From sequence record NC_054921.1: a stretch of DNA of 64,000 nucleotides; one strand, 5' to 3'. Positions 52,978 to 64,000 of this stretch are shown here, in pieces. The DNA comes from Escherichia phage vB_EcoM_IME537. Each line of letters starts with the position of its first letter. The stretch's first letter is position 1. The position numbers and the translations under genes are program-made. The notes under the pieces were generated by a model. The model searched no databases and was not told where the DNA came from. It saw only the letters and a program-made list of their open reading frames with translations.

Positions 52978-54297
52978 TCATACATAAAATACATCATAAC
53001 GACCACGGGTAACACCAACATAAAGAAGCTGCTGTGCTAGTTCAGCATCTGCATAATGAATACAAGGCGTATAGATGAAAGCACGGTCTACAGACATGCC
53101 CTGAGCTTTGTGGAATGTTGATGCAGGAAGTGCTTTCACTTTACTGAACTGTGATTTAGCATCCCAAAAATCACTCCATGAAGCTTTTCCACCTTTATTC
53201 CAATTTTTATAAGTTTCTGCCGTTTTACCTAAAAATAGGTTAAACTTATATAGCTCTTCATCAGATGAAATTATTTTAATCTTTTCACGATAATATTCAT
53301 CATCGCCGTAAGTTTCTACTGTTAAATCCCAATGACGAATTAAGTATTCTCCAGGAACACCACGAGCTTTAACAAACGTCGATGTATACTCTGCTTCTAT
53401 AATACGAACTAATTGTCCGTTATTAAAAATAATTTCTGACACAGGCTTTCCATCAATTTTATATGTTTTAATTAATGGTTCCTGCATTACAATAATTTCA
53501 CCGACAATAAAATCTTTATCAGTTTCAAAAATCTTTTTACGAATAATGCTATTTAACTTGTCAACAGATTTATTCGTAAATGCCATTACACGATTTTCAA
53601 ACAAATCATCTAGTGATTTTACGATTGAAAAATAATTTACCATAAAATTGCGTAAAGCGGTATCACCGGTAAATCCACGTACTCCATGTCCGTCAACAAT
53701 TTTATCATAAATCCACTTACCGTTACGAACATCAGTAGCTACATCAATAATAGGAGCATTACTGCGTTTAACTTCAGTGAGTTCACATTGATAAAAATCT
53801 TTGTGTGTAAAGAATGGACTGATATAAGCAGTGTTTTCTCCTGGGTCAACAGGTCTAATTTGCTTATTATCACCTATTCCAATTATAGTACACCACGGTG
53901 GAATAGTTGAAAGCAGAATTTTAAATAGCTTTCTATCATACATTGACACTTCGTCGCAGATTAATACTCTGCATTTAGCCAAATCTGGTACTTCTTTTTG
54001 TTCAAAAAGAACGTTTTCTTCGTATGTTACTGGGTTAATTTTAAGAATACTGTGAATAGTACTCGCTTCTTTCCCTGATAGTTTTGAAAGAATCTTTTTA
54101 GCTGCATGTGTAGGAGCTGCTAAAATAATGCCAGTTTCGCCTGTAGATATTAAGGCTTCAATGATGAACTTAGTAAGAGTAGTCTTACCGGTACCAGCAG
54201 GTCCATTAATAGTTACATGATGTTTCTTTTCTTTAATAGCCCTCATAACGATGTTAAAGGCATTTTTCTGGCCTTCAGTCAAATCATCAAATGTCAT
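52978..54297 (-). CDS. dda: Dda DNA helicase
   Basis: 439 aa; Walker A GPAGTGKT; matches T4 Dda as recalled. Confidence 0.95.
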   Translation of the reverse strand: MTFDDLTEGQKNAFNIVMRAIKEKKHHVTINGPAGTGKTTLTKFIIEALISTGETGIILAAPTHAAKKILSKLSGKEASTIHSILKINPVTYEENVLFEQKEVPDLAKCRVLICDEVSMYDRKLFKILLSTIPPWCTIIGIGDNKQIRPVDPGENTAYISPFFTHKDFYQCELTEVKRSNAPIIDVATDVRNGKWIYDKIVDGHGVRGFTGDTALRNFMVNYFSIVKSLDDLFENRVMAFTNKSVDKLNSIIRKKIFETDKDFIVGEIIVMQEPLIKTYKIDGKPVSEIIFNNGQLVRIIEAEYTSTFVKARGVPGEYLIRHWDLTVETYGDDEYYREKIKIISSDEELYKFNLFLGKTAETYKNWNKGGKASWSDFWDAKSQFSKVKALPASTFHKAQGMSVDRAFIYTPCIHYADAELAQQLLYVGVTRGRYDVFYV

Positions 54298-54605
54298 CGT
54301 AAATTCCCTGCAATTGGTATACTAACAATACGCCCAGTATCTAAAATTCGCCGATATAATCTTTGTGTGTCTACATCAGGCTTAACATGTTTAACTTCTA
54401 TTTTATTAAACCAAAACTTGCGTGGAGTCTCAACTAATCTCGGAATTCCCATACCTAAAGCTAGTCGATACTGCTCTTTAAGAGTAGTAAATACTTTATC
54501 AGCAATCTCCCTTTCAAAAAATACAGCAGGACGATGTTCATCAAGAGGAACAGGCACCGCAAATCCATCTTTATCTCTATACACTATCGCATATACATAA
54601 AACAT
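54294..54605 (-). CDS. hypothetical protein, 103 aa
   Basis: ORF coupled to dda. Confidence 0.5.
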   Translation of the reverse strand: MFYVYAIVYRDKDGFAVPVPLDEHRPAVFFEREIADKVFTTLKEQYRLALGMGIPRLVETPRKFWFNKIEVKHVKPDVDTQRLYRRILDTGRIVSIPIAGNLR

Positions 54606-54606
54606 A

Positions 54607-55353
54607 TTATCCTCGGATAAGTTTAAAAATTGAACAATTTAGCGGGTATCCTCTTTTCAGTTTAAGTTTATCAATAAAAGACAAGTTTTGATACCGCTCT
54701 ACACCTTGAATAATTTTATCACACATATCATATTGCATTTCTGCTTCTGACAACTTTTTCACGGTTTTCCAATCCGAGCCTTTAAGAAGAACGTTCAATT
54801 TAACAACTTCAGCGCCTTCTGCTATACGAGAACCATCAATACGAGCTTTGAGTGCTACAATCGTTAGCTTAATATCAGAGGTTTGTTTTGATTTAGAAAG
54901 CTGAGAAATGTGCTCAATTCGGTTTTCACGTTTTTTCTGTATAGCTTTAATTTGATTATAAGTCTTTTTGATTTTAGCCCATTTCTTTTCATCTAAATTT
55001 AGTTTATGAACTTTTTTCGCAGATGAACGACCAATTCGCAAAGCAAATAAATCACGCTTTTCAATCAACTCTTCTAAAGTATAATCAGAACGAAATGTAT
55101 TATACTTTTTCTTTACTGCAATAACATTCCCTTTAATGTATCCAACGTTATTATCAAAACGTTCTAATGATAATTTCTCTCCTTCAATACGATTATCAAA
55201 AGGTTCTCCCGAGTAAGCACAAACTTTCTGATCTAAAATGTTCTTAATGTAATTGAAGTCTAAGTTAAAATCTTTAGAACGTCTTTTAGCTGATGCCTGA
55301 GTGTGCTCTAAACGACGTGTAATTTTACGAATTTGATTTTTAGACAGTTTCAT
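54607..55353 (-). CDS. srd: Srd-like protein
   Basis: 248 aa at the T4 srd position. Confidence 0.55.
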   Translation of the reverse strand: MKLSKNQIRKITRRLEHTQASAKRRSKDFNLDFNYIKNILDQKVCAYSGEPFDNRIEGEKLSLERFDNNVGYIKGNVIAVKKKYNTFRSDYTLEELIEKRDLFALRIGRSSAKKVHKLNLDEKKWAKIKKTYNQIKAIQKKRENRIEHISQLSKSKQTSDIKLTIVALKARIDGSRIAEGAEVVKLNVLLKGSDWKTVKKLSEAEMQYDMCDKIIQGVERYQNLSFIDKLKLKRGYPLNCSIFKLIRG

Positions 55354-55380
55354 ATTTTTCTCACGGACGGGTTAACTACT

Positions 55381-55413
55381 TATACTATATCATTTTTACT
55401 TCAGCTTGTAAAC
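55381..55413 (-). promoter_or_regulatory. T4-type early promoter upstream of srd
   Basis: minus strand GTTTAC-18 nt-TATAGT. Confidence 0.5.
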
Positions 55414-55469
55414 AACTTTATGAAAAATGCTTTAAAACTTTCATGGTATAATGAATCTAAGTCCTTCCA

Positions 55470-56072
55470 TTATAGATTAAATCCTTCAAAATCAAGAGTA
55501 TAGATAGTGTATGTTGAATACTTTTTATACTCATATCTATCCGTAATTCTAAATACACTTCCAGCTGGTATCATTACTTCTTGTTCATCTGAAACTAATT
55601 CCATATTACGATAACGATGGCTATCTGGAAATTTAAAACTCGGACTATATTCTTTACAACGTAAAGCTTTTATAGCATACTCCTGGAAATTAAATACCAT
55701 AGGAGCTTTGAATTCAAAAATAACTTGTGTATTGTATTCTAATCCAGAAGCAAAATGTAGAGCTATATTTTTATCATATGAAGCTGATACTACTTTATCA
55801 AATGTAATAATATCAATTCCTTGATTTAATACTTGTTTAGTCTCAGCTGGAACACCTCTCCAAAGAGGTTTATCGTTTGGAACCAAACGAGATTTGATTA
55901 TTTCATTTAACCAAGAGTGGTCGTCTGGCTTATTAGTAATACAATGAATTAAAAGTTCAATTTCGGATAAATTAAATCCTTCAGAAAGTAATTCTTCACG
56001 AATAGAAGCACGAACCGATGCATCCATTGATTTGATTTTAAAATCTTTTAATTGCATTGCTGAATATTTCAT
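55470..56072 (-). CDS. modA: ADP-ribosyltransferase ModA
   Basis: 200 aa; R-S-E ART motifs. Confidence 0.85.
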   Translation of the reverse strand: MKYSAMQLKDFKIKSMDASVRASIREELLSEGFNLSEIELLIHCITNKPDDHSWLNEIIKSRLVPNDKPLWRGVPAETKQVLNQGIDIITFDKVVSASYDKNIALHFASGLEYNTQVIFEFKAPMVFNFQEYAIKALRCKEYSPSFKFPDSHRYRNMELVSDEQEVMIPAGSVFRITDRYEYKKYSTYTIYTLDFEGFNL

Positions 56073-56704
56073 TCAACTACCTCAATATCATACACTTTAA
56101 ATGTTCCAAATGAATCGTGTAATTTTTCTTTTGAAATAGAAGTTATTTTATACTTTCCAATTGGAATCATCCATTCTTGTTCACGCACAATCATCATTAA
56201 GTTATCAGTACGTTCTGAATCTAATCCATCAGTATCTTCATATGTATACTTAAACTCAGTATTAGGAGAAGAAAGTATAATATCGCTGATATGGTCAGAA
56301 TAATTAAAAGCTTTATCAGTTTTTAAGCGAAATATTATTTCAGTGAAATACTCAACATAAGAAAAACCACATGCTGTGTGCAAACTAGTAGTAAATGAAT
56401 CTACCCTGTTCGTTGAAAACACTTCTCCAACTTGTAAATCTTTAATGAGCTCTTTTGTCGATTTTGATATACCACGATATAGCTGATAAGGTGATTTAGT
56501 TAAATGCTTTTTAATGATTTTATTCAACTGCCGATGAAGAGCTTCATTCTTTTTGGCTTCCATACATTGCCAAAGAACTGACTGTTCAAAGTCAGTAAAT
56601 TTTTCACAGACCTTTTTATACATATCATATTGAAAATCAACACTTTCAGCTTTTATAGATAACTGTTCAACATCTGCAAGATTAATAATCATGATAGCCT
56701 CCAT
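56069..56704 (-). CDS. modB: ADP-ribosyltransferase ModB
   Basis: 211 aa; paralogous to modA with R-S-E motifs. Confidence 0.85.
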   Translation of the reverse strand: MEAIMIINLADVEQLSIKAESVDFQYDMYKKVCEKFTDFEQSVLWQCMEAKKNEALHRQLNKIIKKHLTKSPYQLYRGISKSTKELIKDLQVGEVFSTNRVDSFTTSLHTACGFSYVEYFTEIIFRLKTDKAFNYSDHISDIILSSPNTEFKYTYEDTDGLDSERTDNLMMIVREQEWMIPIGKYKITSISKEKLHDSFGTFKVYDIEVVE

Positions 56705-56748
56705 ATACTTCAGAAGCTATCATATCATTGTTAGGAAGGAAAGTAAAC
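56705..56748 (-). promoter_or_regulatory. T4-type early promoter upstream of modB
   Basis: minus strand GTTTAC ... TATGAT. Confidence 0.45.
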
Positions 56749-56759
56749 AACTTTTTGAA

Positions 56760-56942
56760 TTATTTTGCCCAGGGAGCCCAGGGCGGAGGGTCAAGATGGT
56801 ATGAAGCTAGTTCTTCTAGAAGAGCATCTGGGGCTTCAATTCCATAATTCTGTAATACTATACGGTATTCTTTCTTATAATCACTAGAATCATTCTGGAT
56901 ATTCGTAGAATGATTATCTTCTAACATCTCAAATAAATCCAT
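56760..56942 (-). CDS. hypothetical protein, 60 aa
   Basis: ORF. Confidence 0.45.
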   Translation of the reverse strand: MDLFEMLEDNHSTNIQNDSSDYKKEYRIVLQNYGIEAPDALLEELASYHLDPPPWAPWAK

Positions 56943-56950
56943 ATTAATTC

Positions 56951-57409
56951 CTAGCGATAAAAACCAAAATAACGATTAGCTTCAATAATCTTTCTTTCTT
57001 CTTCGGACATTCTCCAGCGTAGTCCAACATCAAAATGAGCCCAGACCATCTTAACAAATGCATTTATATCTTTAATATCTTCAATAATGAATGTTTTACT
57101 TTTAAAAGGCTGACTCGCTAATTTAACTTTATCGTCTTCAAACAGGTCAAAAAGACCATATTCATGAGCTCTTTTATAGCCTTTAATAGTTAAAGCTTCA
57201 GAAGAAGAAAATGGTGAATCAGTATTCTGCAAAATATCTTCAGTATGCTTTATAATTAGAATAACATTTTCTGGATATTTTCTTTCTTTTATATCTTTAA
57301 TTAAAATATCCGGATTTTCTGCTAAAGGAATAATTAATGAGCACTTTTTGTCAAGTGTATTTACCGTAGACATAAATTCTATTGAATATAGTTTTGCTAC
57401 TTCAATCAT
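56951..57409 (-). CDS. hypothetical protein, 152 aa
   Basis: ORF. Confidence 0.55.
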   Translation of the reverse strand: MIEVAKLYSIEFMSTVNTLDKKCSLIIPLAENPDILIKDIKERKYPENVILIIKHTEDILQNTDSPFSSSEALTIKGYKRAHEYGLFDLFEDDKVKLASQPFKSKTFIIEDIKDINAFVKMVWAHFDVGLRWRMSEEERKIIEANRYFGFYR

Positions 57410-57562
57410 GTGATTTCCTCTTGCCTACTAATGGGCCGTCAGGAATTTTGTTTTCCTGGATATATTTCTCATTTTCTTCCATCATTTTACTGCCAATTTT
57501 AAGAAGCAAATCCAGTGCTTCATTTGCTTTAGCCTTGGCCTCTTCTAGCGTCATATCTCTGT

Positions 57563-57766
57563 TCACGATTTATCCCCATAGATGTCTCTCATCAATTTAA
57601 GCGCTGAGCGTTCTAATTTCTTTTCTTTCTCGGCACTAATCATTGATTTCATCCATTCTTCTGATTCGTTCTGCATTTCTTTATTTGCCTGTTCAACCCA
57701 ACCATCGTCAATGTACATTGAGTTTGGTCTATTGAACCATTCAAACATTTTCTTCAGAACTTTCAT
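57563..57766 (-). CDS. hypothetical protein, 67 aa
   Basis: ORF. Confidence 0.5.
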   Translation of the reverse strand: MKVLKKMFEWFNRPNSMYIDDGWVEQANKEMQNESEEWMKSMISAEKEKKLERSALKLMRDIYGDKS

Positions 57767-58238
57767 TTACTTTACCCAAAACAACAGTAGGAGCATCATC
57801 AAATTCATGAATTTTTAGCAAATTTGGATGTAAACTATTCCATATAGAAGAAATAAAGTATGATAAAGCATCTTCACTCGCAATTATAAATTTATTTCCT
57901 TTATCTATTTTCCAACTATATAATGAATCATACGAATAGAAAGATAAAGGTTTATCATTATATTGTTCTGCGCTAACATTAATGTATTCGGATTTAGTAA
58001 ATGCTTCAATTGCTCTAAATGGAATATTTGGTACAGTTTCAATGATACCAATCTTTTTAAGCTTTATTTCAACATCTTCTGGAACTGGCATTGAAACGAA
58101 ATTTTCTACGAGATACATTGGGTCACAATAACCCTTATCAATCAATACTGCTACGGTAATTGGAACATCTTTAGCAAACGACATGCTATTACTGCTAATA
58201 TACATTTCAAACAAAATCGCTTCCATAATTTTCCTCAA
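57741..58238 (-). CDS. hypothetical protein, 165 aa
   Basis: ORF. Confidence 0.55.
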   Translation of the reverse strand: MRKIMEAILFEMYISSNSMSFAKDVPITVAVLIDKGYCDPMYLVENFVSMPVPEDVEIKLKKIGIIETVPNIPFRAIEAFTKSEYINVSAEQYNDKPLSFYSYDSLYSWKIDKGNKFIIASEDALSYFISSIWNSLHPNLLKIHEFDDAPTVVLGKVNESSEENV

Positions 58239-58567
58239 TCACAAGATGTAGATGAACAGCTAGAATCACAAGAACTTCCGCATGAATCACCTGCCCATAC
58301 ATGAACAGGGACATTTGTATCATATGAATCAGAACTAGACTGTGTATTAGATGATGTAGTAGGTGTTGACCAGCGCCAAGGATTTTTATAATATTCTTGG
58401 GCTTCTTCATAAGTCATAGTAACTGCTTCTACTGTTCCATCTCCCATATAAACATACTCAACTACAGTTAAAGGAAGGTAGTCATTTGAAATAGGAACTA
58501 CACCTTCTCCAGGAGTCGTAGAGAAAAAATCCGTAAAGAAACTTTTAAACCAATTAAAGATAAACAT
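58235..58567 (-). CDS. hypothetical protein, 110 aa, Ser/Cys-rich C-terminus
   Basis: ORF. Confidence 0.5.
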   Translation of the reverse strand: MFIFNWFKSFFTDFFSTTPGEGVVPISNDYLPLTVVEYVYMGDGTVEAVTMTYEEAQEYYKNPWRWSTPTTSSNTQSSSDSYDTNVPVHVWAGDSCGSSCDSSCSSTSCD

Positions 58568-58779
58568 TACAAAAAGCCTCTTTGAAATTCGACTCTTTGA
58601 AATCCACCCCAGTCAGTATATCGCATTTCAGCATTGAACTCGACTGAACCATCTGCATGCATCATGAATGAATGCGTGACGATATCACAATCCCAGCTTT
58701 TCATACCCCATTTATCAGAGATAGCTTTATCAAGAACCTTCTGGAGGTCTTCATTTGGTTTAATCCAACGATTTAACAT
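58567..58779 (-). CDS. hypothetical protein, 70 aa
   Basis: ORF. Confidence 0.5.
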   Translation of the reverse strand: MLNRWIKPNEDLQKVLDKAISDKWGMKSWDCDIVTHSFMMHADGSVEFNAEMRYTDWGGFQRVEFQRGFL

Positions 58780-58849
58780 AGTGCTCTCCTCTATAAGATA
58801 ATTCTATTATACCATACTCATTTTGGAAAGTAAACCATAAAATGAAAAA

Positions 58850-58869
58850 AGGACTCCCGAAGGAGTCCT
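58850..58869 (-). terminator. AGGACUCC-UUCG-GGAGUCCU hairpin after soc
   Basis: identical to 4839..4858. Confidence 0.45.
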
Positions 58870-58876
58870 TGAATTA

Positions 58877-59113
58877 TTAACCACCTATTGTTGTAGGCGT
58901 AAACATTGCAGCATTCTTAGTTTTCCAAGTTGCTGCATCGGAAACTACAGTAGAATATGCTGCCTTTTCTGACGGAAAGATTTGATAATGAGAATCCGCG
59001 ATACGGTGTTCATTTGAATATACATCAAATGCTACAGAAACTTCCATACCTTTAACTTCTTTGCCTTCACCCGCTGGATGAGTAAAGGTCTTGATGTTAA
59101 CGAAACCACCCAT
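58877..59113 (-). CDS. soc: small outer capsid protein Soc (divergent)
   Basis: 78 aa; shares VNIKTF, SVAF, YQ.FPSEKAAYSTV with T4 Soc as recalled. Confidence 0.8.
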   Translation of the reverse strand: MGGFVNIKTFTHPAGEGKEVKGMEVSVAFDVYSNEHRIADSHYQIFPSEKAAYSTVVSDAATWKTKNAAMFTPTTIGG

Positions 59114-59152
59114 AATAAACTCCTTTATTGTTTAATTACAAGTGTATTTATA

Positions 59153-59326
59153 TCAATCTTCAATGAAAACTTGTGCCAGGAATTCATGCTCATCTTGAAT
59201 TTGTTTATATAAAGCCATTACAGCATTTATGTTAGAGCTATCTACTTTAAGTTGATAAGCATACCACTCATGTAAATTAATTAAAGCTTTTTGACGTCTA
59301 ATAAATTCTTCTTTGGATATTTTCAT
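59153..59326 (-). CDS. hypothetical protein, 57 aa
   Basis: ATGA overlap with upstream ORF stop. Confidence 0.4.
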   Translation of the reverse strand: MKISKEEFIRRQKALINLHEWYAYQLKVDSSNINAVMALYKQIQDEHEFLAQVFIED

Positions 59327-59532
59327 TTTGAATGCTCTATAATTAATTTTAAGGCTTCTTCACTTACAAAAATTTCATCAGGACCTTCTTCTACAACCCA
59401 ATCAACCCAATCAACCACACGAAGCTGATTAGATAAGAGCTCACATACGAGCTCTTTGTCATAATTTTTAAATAGCTGGTCAATACGTTTCTTGCGGGCT
59501 TTCTTAAGCTGGCGTTTATTTAAACGAGCCAT
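59323..59532 (-). CDS. hypothetical protein, 69 aa
   Basis: ORF coupled to gene 56. Confidence 0.5.
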   Translation of the reverse strand: MARLNKRQLKKARKKRIDQLFKNYDKELVCELLSNQLRVVDWVDWVVEEGPDEIFVSEEALKLIIEHSK

Positions 59533-60050
59533 TAATAACCTCGATCTTGACGTGCGAAGTTTTCAGCATTTTTCAGATAATAAAGTTTAAAGATTTCTTC
59601 AGCTGTAAGACCAAGACCTTGGAACATGTTCAGAACGAAATGAAGAATATCAATCATTTCGAATTTAATTTCCAACTGGTCTTGTGGAGACAAATCAGTA
59701 ATTAGAGTTTCACGACGTTCACCATGTTGAGCTTTCCAAGGCTTCCATACAGCAGATGCATCTTTTTCGCCATTGCTCATACCGCCAAGAGATGTCAGAA
59801 GTTCACGGAATTCATCGTCAATATAATCTTTCTGATTACGCAGCCAATCAACAACTTCACCTGCAGTAGCCAAATCATCAGGATGACGGTTATATTCAGG
59901 TTTATCTTTAGCTAAACGAACCTGTAAAGATTTCTGCATATCAAGCATAACCTGCAGCGGGTCTTTTTCGTCACCGAGAATATCCCAGTATTCATTTTGA
60001 GCTTTATCAGCGCCTTCGATCAGTTGACTACATTCGTTGAAATGTGGCAT
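59532..60050 (-). CDS. 56: dCTP pyrophosphatase (dCTPase)
   Basis: 172 aa; position between soc and dam as in T4; sequence identity not checked residue-by-residue. Confidence 0.85.
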   Translation of the reverse strand: MPHFNECSQLIEGADKAQNEYWDILGDEKDPLQVMLDMQKSLQVRLAKDKPEYNRHPDDLATAGEVVDWLRNQKDYIDDEFRELLTSLGGMSNGEKDASAVWKPWKAQHGERRETLITDLSPQDQLEIKFEMIDILHFVLNMFQGLGLTAEEIFKLYYLKNAENFARQDRGY

Positions 60051-60051
60051 G

Positions 60052-60702
60052 TTATTTTTCCTTTCTTATGAAGTTTTCTATCATATGTCTATAGCAGATA
60101 TTAGGATAACCTGCCTTGACAGCTATTTTATTAAATTTTGTGCGCTTAGGTCTATTATTATAAACCCATAATTCATAAAGCGCATCATAACTATTCCATA
60201 TTTCTCCTCGCCTAGGATTTGGTAAACCATATCGAGGTGAATTTTTACCGCTAAATCTTCCTTTTCGGGCTTTACTCATATTAGCCTTGGCTTCATCGGA
60301 TATAATTTTACCTTTATGAGCTAGACGCATTTTGGCTTTAGTTTCTTCTGGGGTCTTTTTGCCTTTAATCCATGACGGCTTGCCATATCTAGGATTATTT
60401 TCACCCGAGAAAAGAACAGAGTTTTGGATTTTAAGGGTTTCTATTAATCTACTTGTTAATTTAACACCTTTATTATATCGCATTAAATTTACAGCATAAT
60501 GCAATCCTCTCACATCTGGATATATTTTAGTTAATAATCTATGAGCTATAAAATGCTCACGAGCAGTTAACTCAACAAGATTGTTTTTGTCATCTGCTCC
60601 TCCCATACATCTAGGAATTATATGATGGCGTTCTTTATATCCGCCAAGATGCCGGCATTTAGCTTTTGTAATTAAAGCCGAGTAAATTTTTTGGTAATTC
60701 AC
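60052..60702 (-). CDS. HNH homing endonuclease (Mob family) between 56 and dam
   Basis: 216 aa; HNH core HHIIPRCMGGADDKNNLVELTAREHFIAH; N-terminus nearly identical to ORF 14441..15172. Confidence 0.8.
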   Translation of the reverse strand: MNYQKIYSALITKAKCRHLGGYKERHHIIPRCMGGADDKNNLVELTAREHFIAHRLLTKIYPDVRGLHYAVNLMRYNKGVKLTSRLIETLKIQNSVLFSGENNPRYGKPSWIKGKKTPEETKAKMRLAHKGKIISDEAKANMSKARKGRFSGKNSPRYGLPNPRRGEIWNSYDALYELWVYNNRPKRTKFNKIAVKAGYPNICYRHMIENFIRKEK

Positions 60703-60761
60703 ATATATCCTTTCAATTCATTAATAAGTTAAATAATTATATCATTTGAGTGTGTAAGCAA

Positions 60762-62101
<1,340 letters not shown>

Positions 62102-62121
62102 TATATCATCCTCAGCAATTT

Positions 62122-62156
62122 ATTTTATAATACCATAACAAGCTGAGAAAGTAAAC
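62122..62156 (-). promoter_or_regulatory. T4-type early promoter upstream of ORF 61541..62101
   Basis: minus strand GTTTAC ... TATTAT then SD GAGGATGA. Confidence 0.45.
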
Positions 62157-62191
62157 AAATTTATGATAAATATTAATTTAAAGGAGGACAT

Positions 62192-62392
62192 ATGGTACAA
62201 AAATTAATGGCACTTGTTAATGCCATAAAAGGTAATAAGAAACGTATAGCTTTTACTATTTCTGCTATGATAGGAATTTTACTTTGGAATTTTGTTTTAT
62301 CGCCAGTTGCTATTGCTCATGGCGTTAATATTCCAGTAATTACTCTCGATACATTCGTAGATTTAGCATTTGCTTTAGTTGGGTTAATTTAA
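62192..62392 (+). CDS. small membrane protein, 66 aa, on the opposite strand
   Basis: strong SD AAAGGAGGA 6 nt before ATG; two predicted TM helices; 3' end overlaps gene 61 3' end. Confidence 0.5.
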   Translation: MVQKLMALVNAIKGNKKRIAFTISAMIGILLWNFVLSPVAIAHGVNIPVITLDTFVDLAFALVGLI

Positions 62393-63417
62393 ATCTTAGC
62401 ATATTTAGATAGCCGCATTTTAGCCATCAACCCCTGCGCAATATTATTTTTCATATATTCCATAATTTGTTCAGGGGTTGCACCTTCCTTTCTAATCATA
62501 TCATTAACATCTTTTGATTTCCAGGGAGATTTATCCCAAAACATAACCCTTTCTCCTGCATCAACTAATTTAGTCATTCGTTTAATAGTGTCAGGATGAC
62601 GAGGTTCATTATCTAAAACCCATACACGTCTATCTTTAAATGGAACAATTTCTAGGTCTAATTGACCGCCCGTAATAGCTATACCATTTTCAATAAAAAG
62701 CGAATCTATAGGTCCTTCTAGAACATATACATCACCGTCTTTAACCCGTTCAACACCATAGATTTTTGTTGCCTCAGGATAAGCTTTGATGGTGATATAT
62801 TTTTGAGGAGCATCTTTCTTTAATGCACGTCCTTGAAAAGACTCAGCTTTTCCATTAACATTATAAATTGGAATAACAAGACGAGACTCAGGTATTTCCT
62901 TTTTATATGTTCCTGGTGCTATACTATTAACTAATTTAGGCCATTCAGTTGTAAACCAAAGATATTTCCATTTATCCTTTGGAATACAGCGAGCTTTTAC
63001 GTATTTTATAATTGGATGGTCTTCCGTCAGTTTATCTAATCTAATGCATGACGGAAGAGATTTAATTATTTTCTTCTCGGGTTGTTTAGGAAGTTCTTTA
63101 GGTTTTTCTACTGGACGACTTTTACCTTTTTCTTTTCTTATTTCAAAGATATACTCACGATATAAATCAGGTTCAAACTCCTTTAAATATATTCCGATTG
63201 GCGCATGATAGTTACAGTTATAACAGTGAATATTTCCTTCATTGTTATCACCATAATACCATCCACGGGCTTTATTTTGGTCGGTTTTTGAATCTCCACA
63301 AACAGGGCATCTAAACCGTAATTTAAAAGTTGAACTATTATTTACTTGTGTGAATTTAGGTAAATGAGCTAGCGCCCGGTATGCAAACTCATTATCAATC
63401 CAAGGTATTGATGACAT
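62389..63417 (-). CDS. 61: DNA primase
   Basis: 342 aa; N-terminal zinc ribbon CPVC...CYNC; matches T4 gp61 as recalled. Confidence 0.95.
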   Translation of the reverse strand: MSSIPWIDNEFAYRALAHLPKFTQVNNSSTFKLRFRCPVCGDSKTDQNKARGWYYGDNNEGNIHCYNCNYHAPIGIYLKEFEPDLYREYIFEIRKEKGKSRPVEKPKELPKQPEKKIIKSLPSCIRLDKLTEDHPIIKYVKARCIPKDKWKYLWFTTEWPKLVNSIAPGTYKKEIPESRLVIPIYNVNGKAESFQGRALKKDAPQKYITIKAYPEATKIYGVERVKDGDVYVLEGPIDSLFIENGIAITGGQLDLEIVPFKDRRVWVLDNEPRHPDTIKRMTKLVDAGERVMFWDKSPWKSKDVNDMIRKEGATPEQIMEYMKNNIAQGLMAKMRLSKYAKI

Positions 63418-63585
63418 TTTTACTCTTCTTTTTCTTTAGATTCCTCTTTTTTCTTTTTAGGAATCTGTTCAGGACCTTTATTTACTACAGCACCTGACGT
63501 TGTTCCAGTAGAGATATTTTCAGGATTACCACCTGAATCTCCAGCTACCATATCTTCTTTGATAAATTCTTTAAACGTTTTCATA

Positions 63586-63966
63586 TTAACCTCTATTCAT
63601 AAAAGCATTAAAAATTTGGTCATCAATAGAAACATTCACTTTAGACTGTTTTTCTGATGGTAATTCATATCCACATATTACAATTTTATGATCAATATCA
63701 AAATACACAGAAGCAATATGATTAATGATGTTTTCAGTAAAGTCTAAATCAACATCAATATCTTTTTGACCACAGCCCAAAGGATAAATAATGCGAGTAA
63801 TTCGATTATCTTTAACAAAGATTCCACCGATATACTCTGTGCTGCGTTCAAAGTCTACACGCCGACGAAATGAAAAATATTCAGGCTCTTTATGAGCTCG
63901 GCTCATAGGACACAACGAGTAACTAGAATAAGAGATGTCAAATCCTACGCCTTCAATATGAGCCAA
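63586..63966 (-). CDS. hypothetical protein, 126 aa (61.1 position)
   Basis: ORF. Confidence 0.5.
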   Translation of the reverse strand: MAHIEGVGFDISYSSYSLCPMSRAHKEPEYFSFRRRVDFERSTEYIGGIFVKDNRITRIIYPLGCGQKDIDVDLDFTENIINHIASVYFDIDHKIVICGYELPSEKQSKVNVSIDDQIFNAFMNRG

Positions 63967-64000
63967 ATTATCATGATTAAACCAATTATAATCGTACGCC

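Noticed and set aside
54607-55353. Srd-like ORF as a fourth HNH endonuclease
   Set aside because: Only a loose CxxxG...N-rich patch, with no HH/N-H core comparable to the Mob ORFs; kept as srd-like by position.

Overview
This window reads as a T-even (T4-like, Tequatrovirus-type) coliphage genome segment, in T4 map orientation, running from DNA ligase (gene 30) to primase (gene 61). Early and middle genes sit on the minus strand: 30, 30.x ORFs, rIII, 31, cd, pseT, spanins, alc, rnlA, denA, nrdB, nrdA, td, frd, 32, 59, 33, dsbA, rnh, then asiA, arn, motA, 52, ac, stp, ndd, denB, rIIB, rIIA, 39, goF, cef, motB, dexA, dda, srd, modA, modB, soc, 56, dam, 61. The late tail-fibre block 34-35-36-37-38 and holin t sit on the plus strand. 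Identifications rest on reading the ORF translations against T4 proteins as I recall them; no database search was run. The genome looks T2-type rather than T4-type: td and nrdB have no introns, gene 39 is unsplit (no gene 60 or mobA), there is no seg gene between 32/59 or 56/soc, and gp38 is a glycine-rich adhesin. The most unusual feature is nrdA, which is broken into two ORFs by an inserted HNH endonuclease gene. Other points worth a second look are a 68-aa ORF wedged into the frd/td junction, gene 32 running without a stop into the next gene across an 11-nt homopolymer, a DUF4326-like reading frame with no start codon behind an in-frame TAA, and a PD-(D/E)xK-like ORF coupled to dam. No CRISPR array, tRNA or rRNA was seen.
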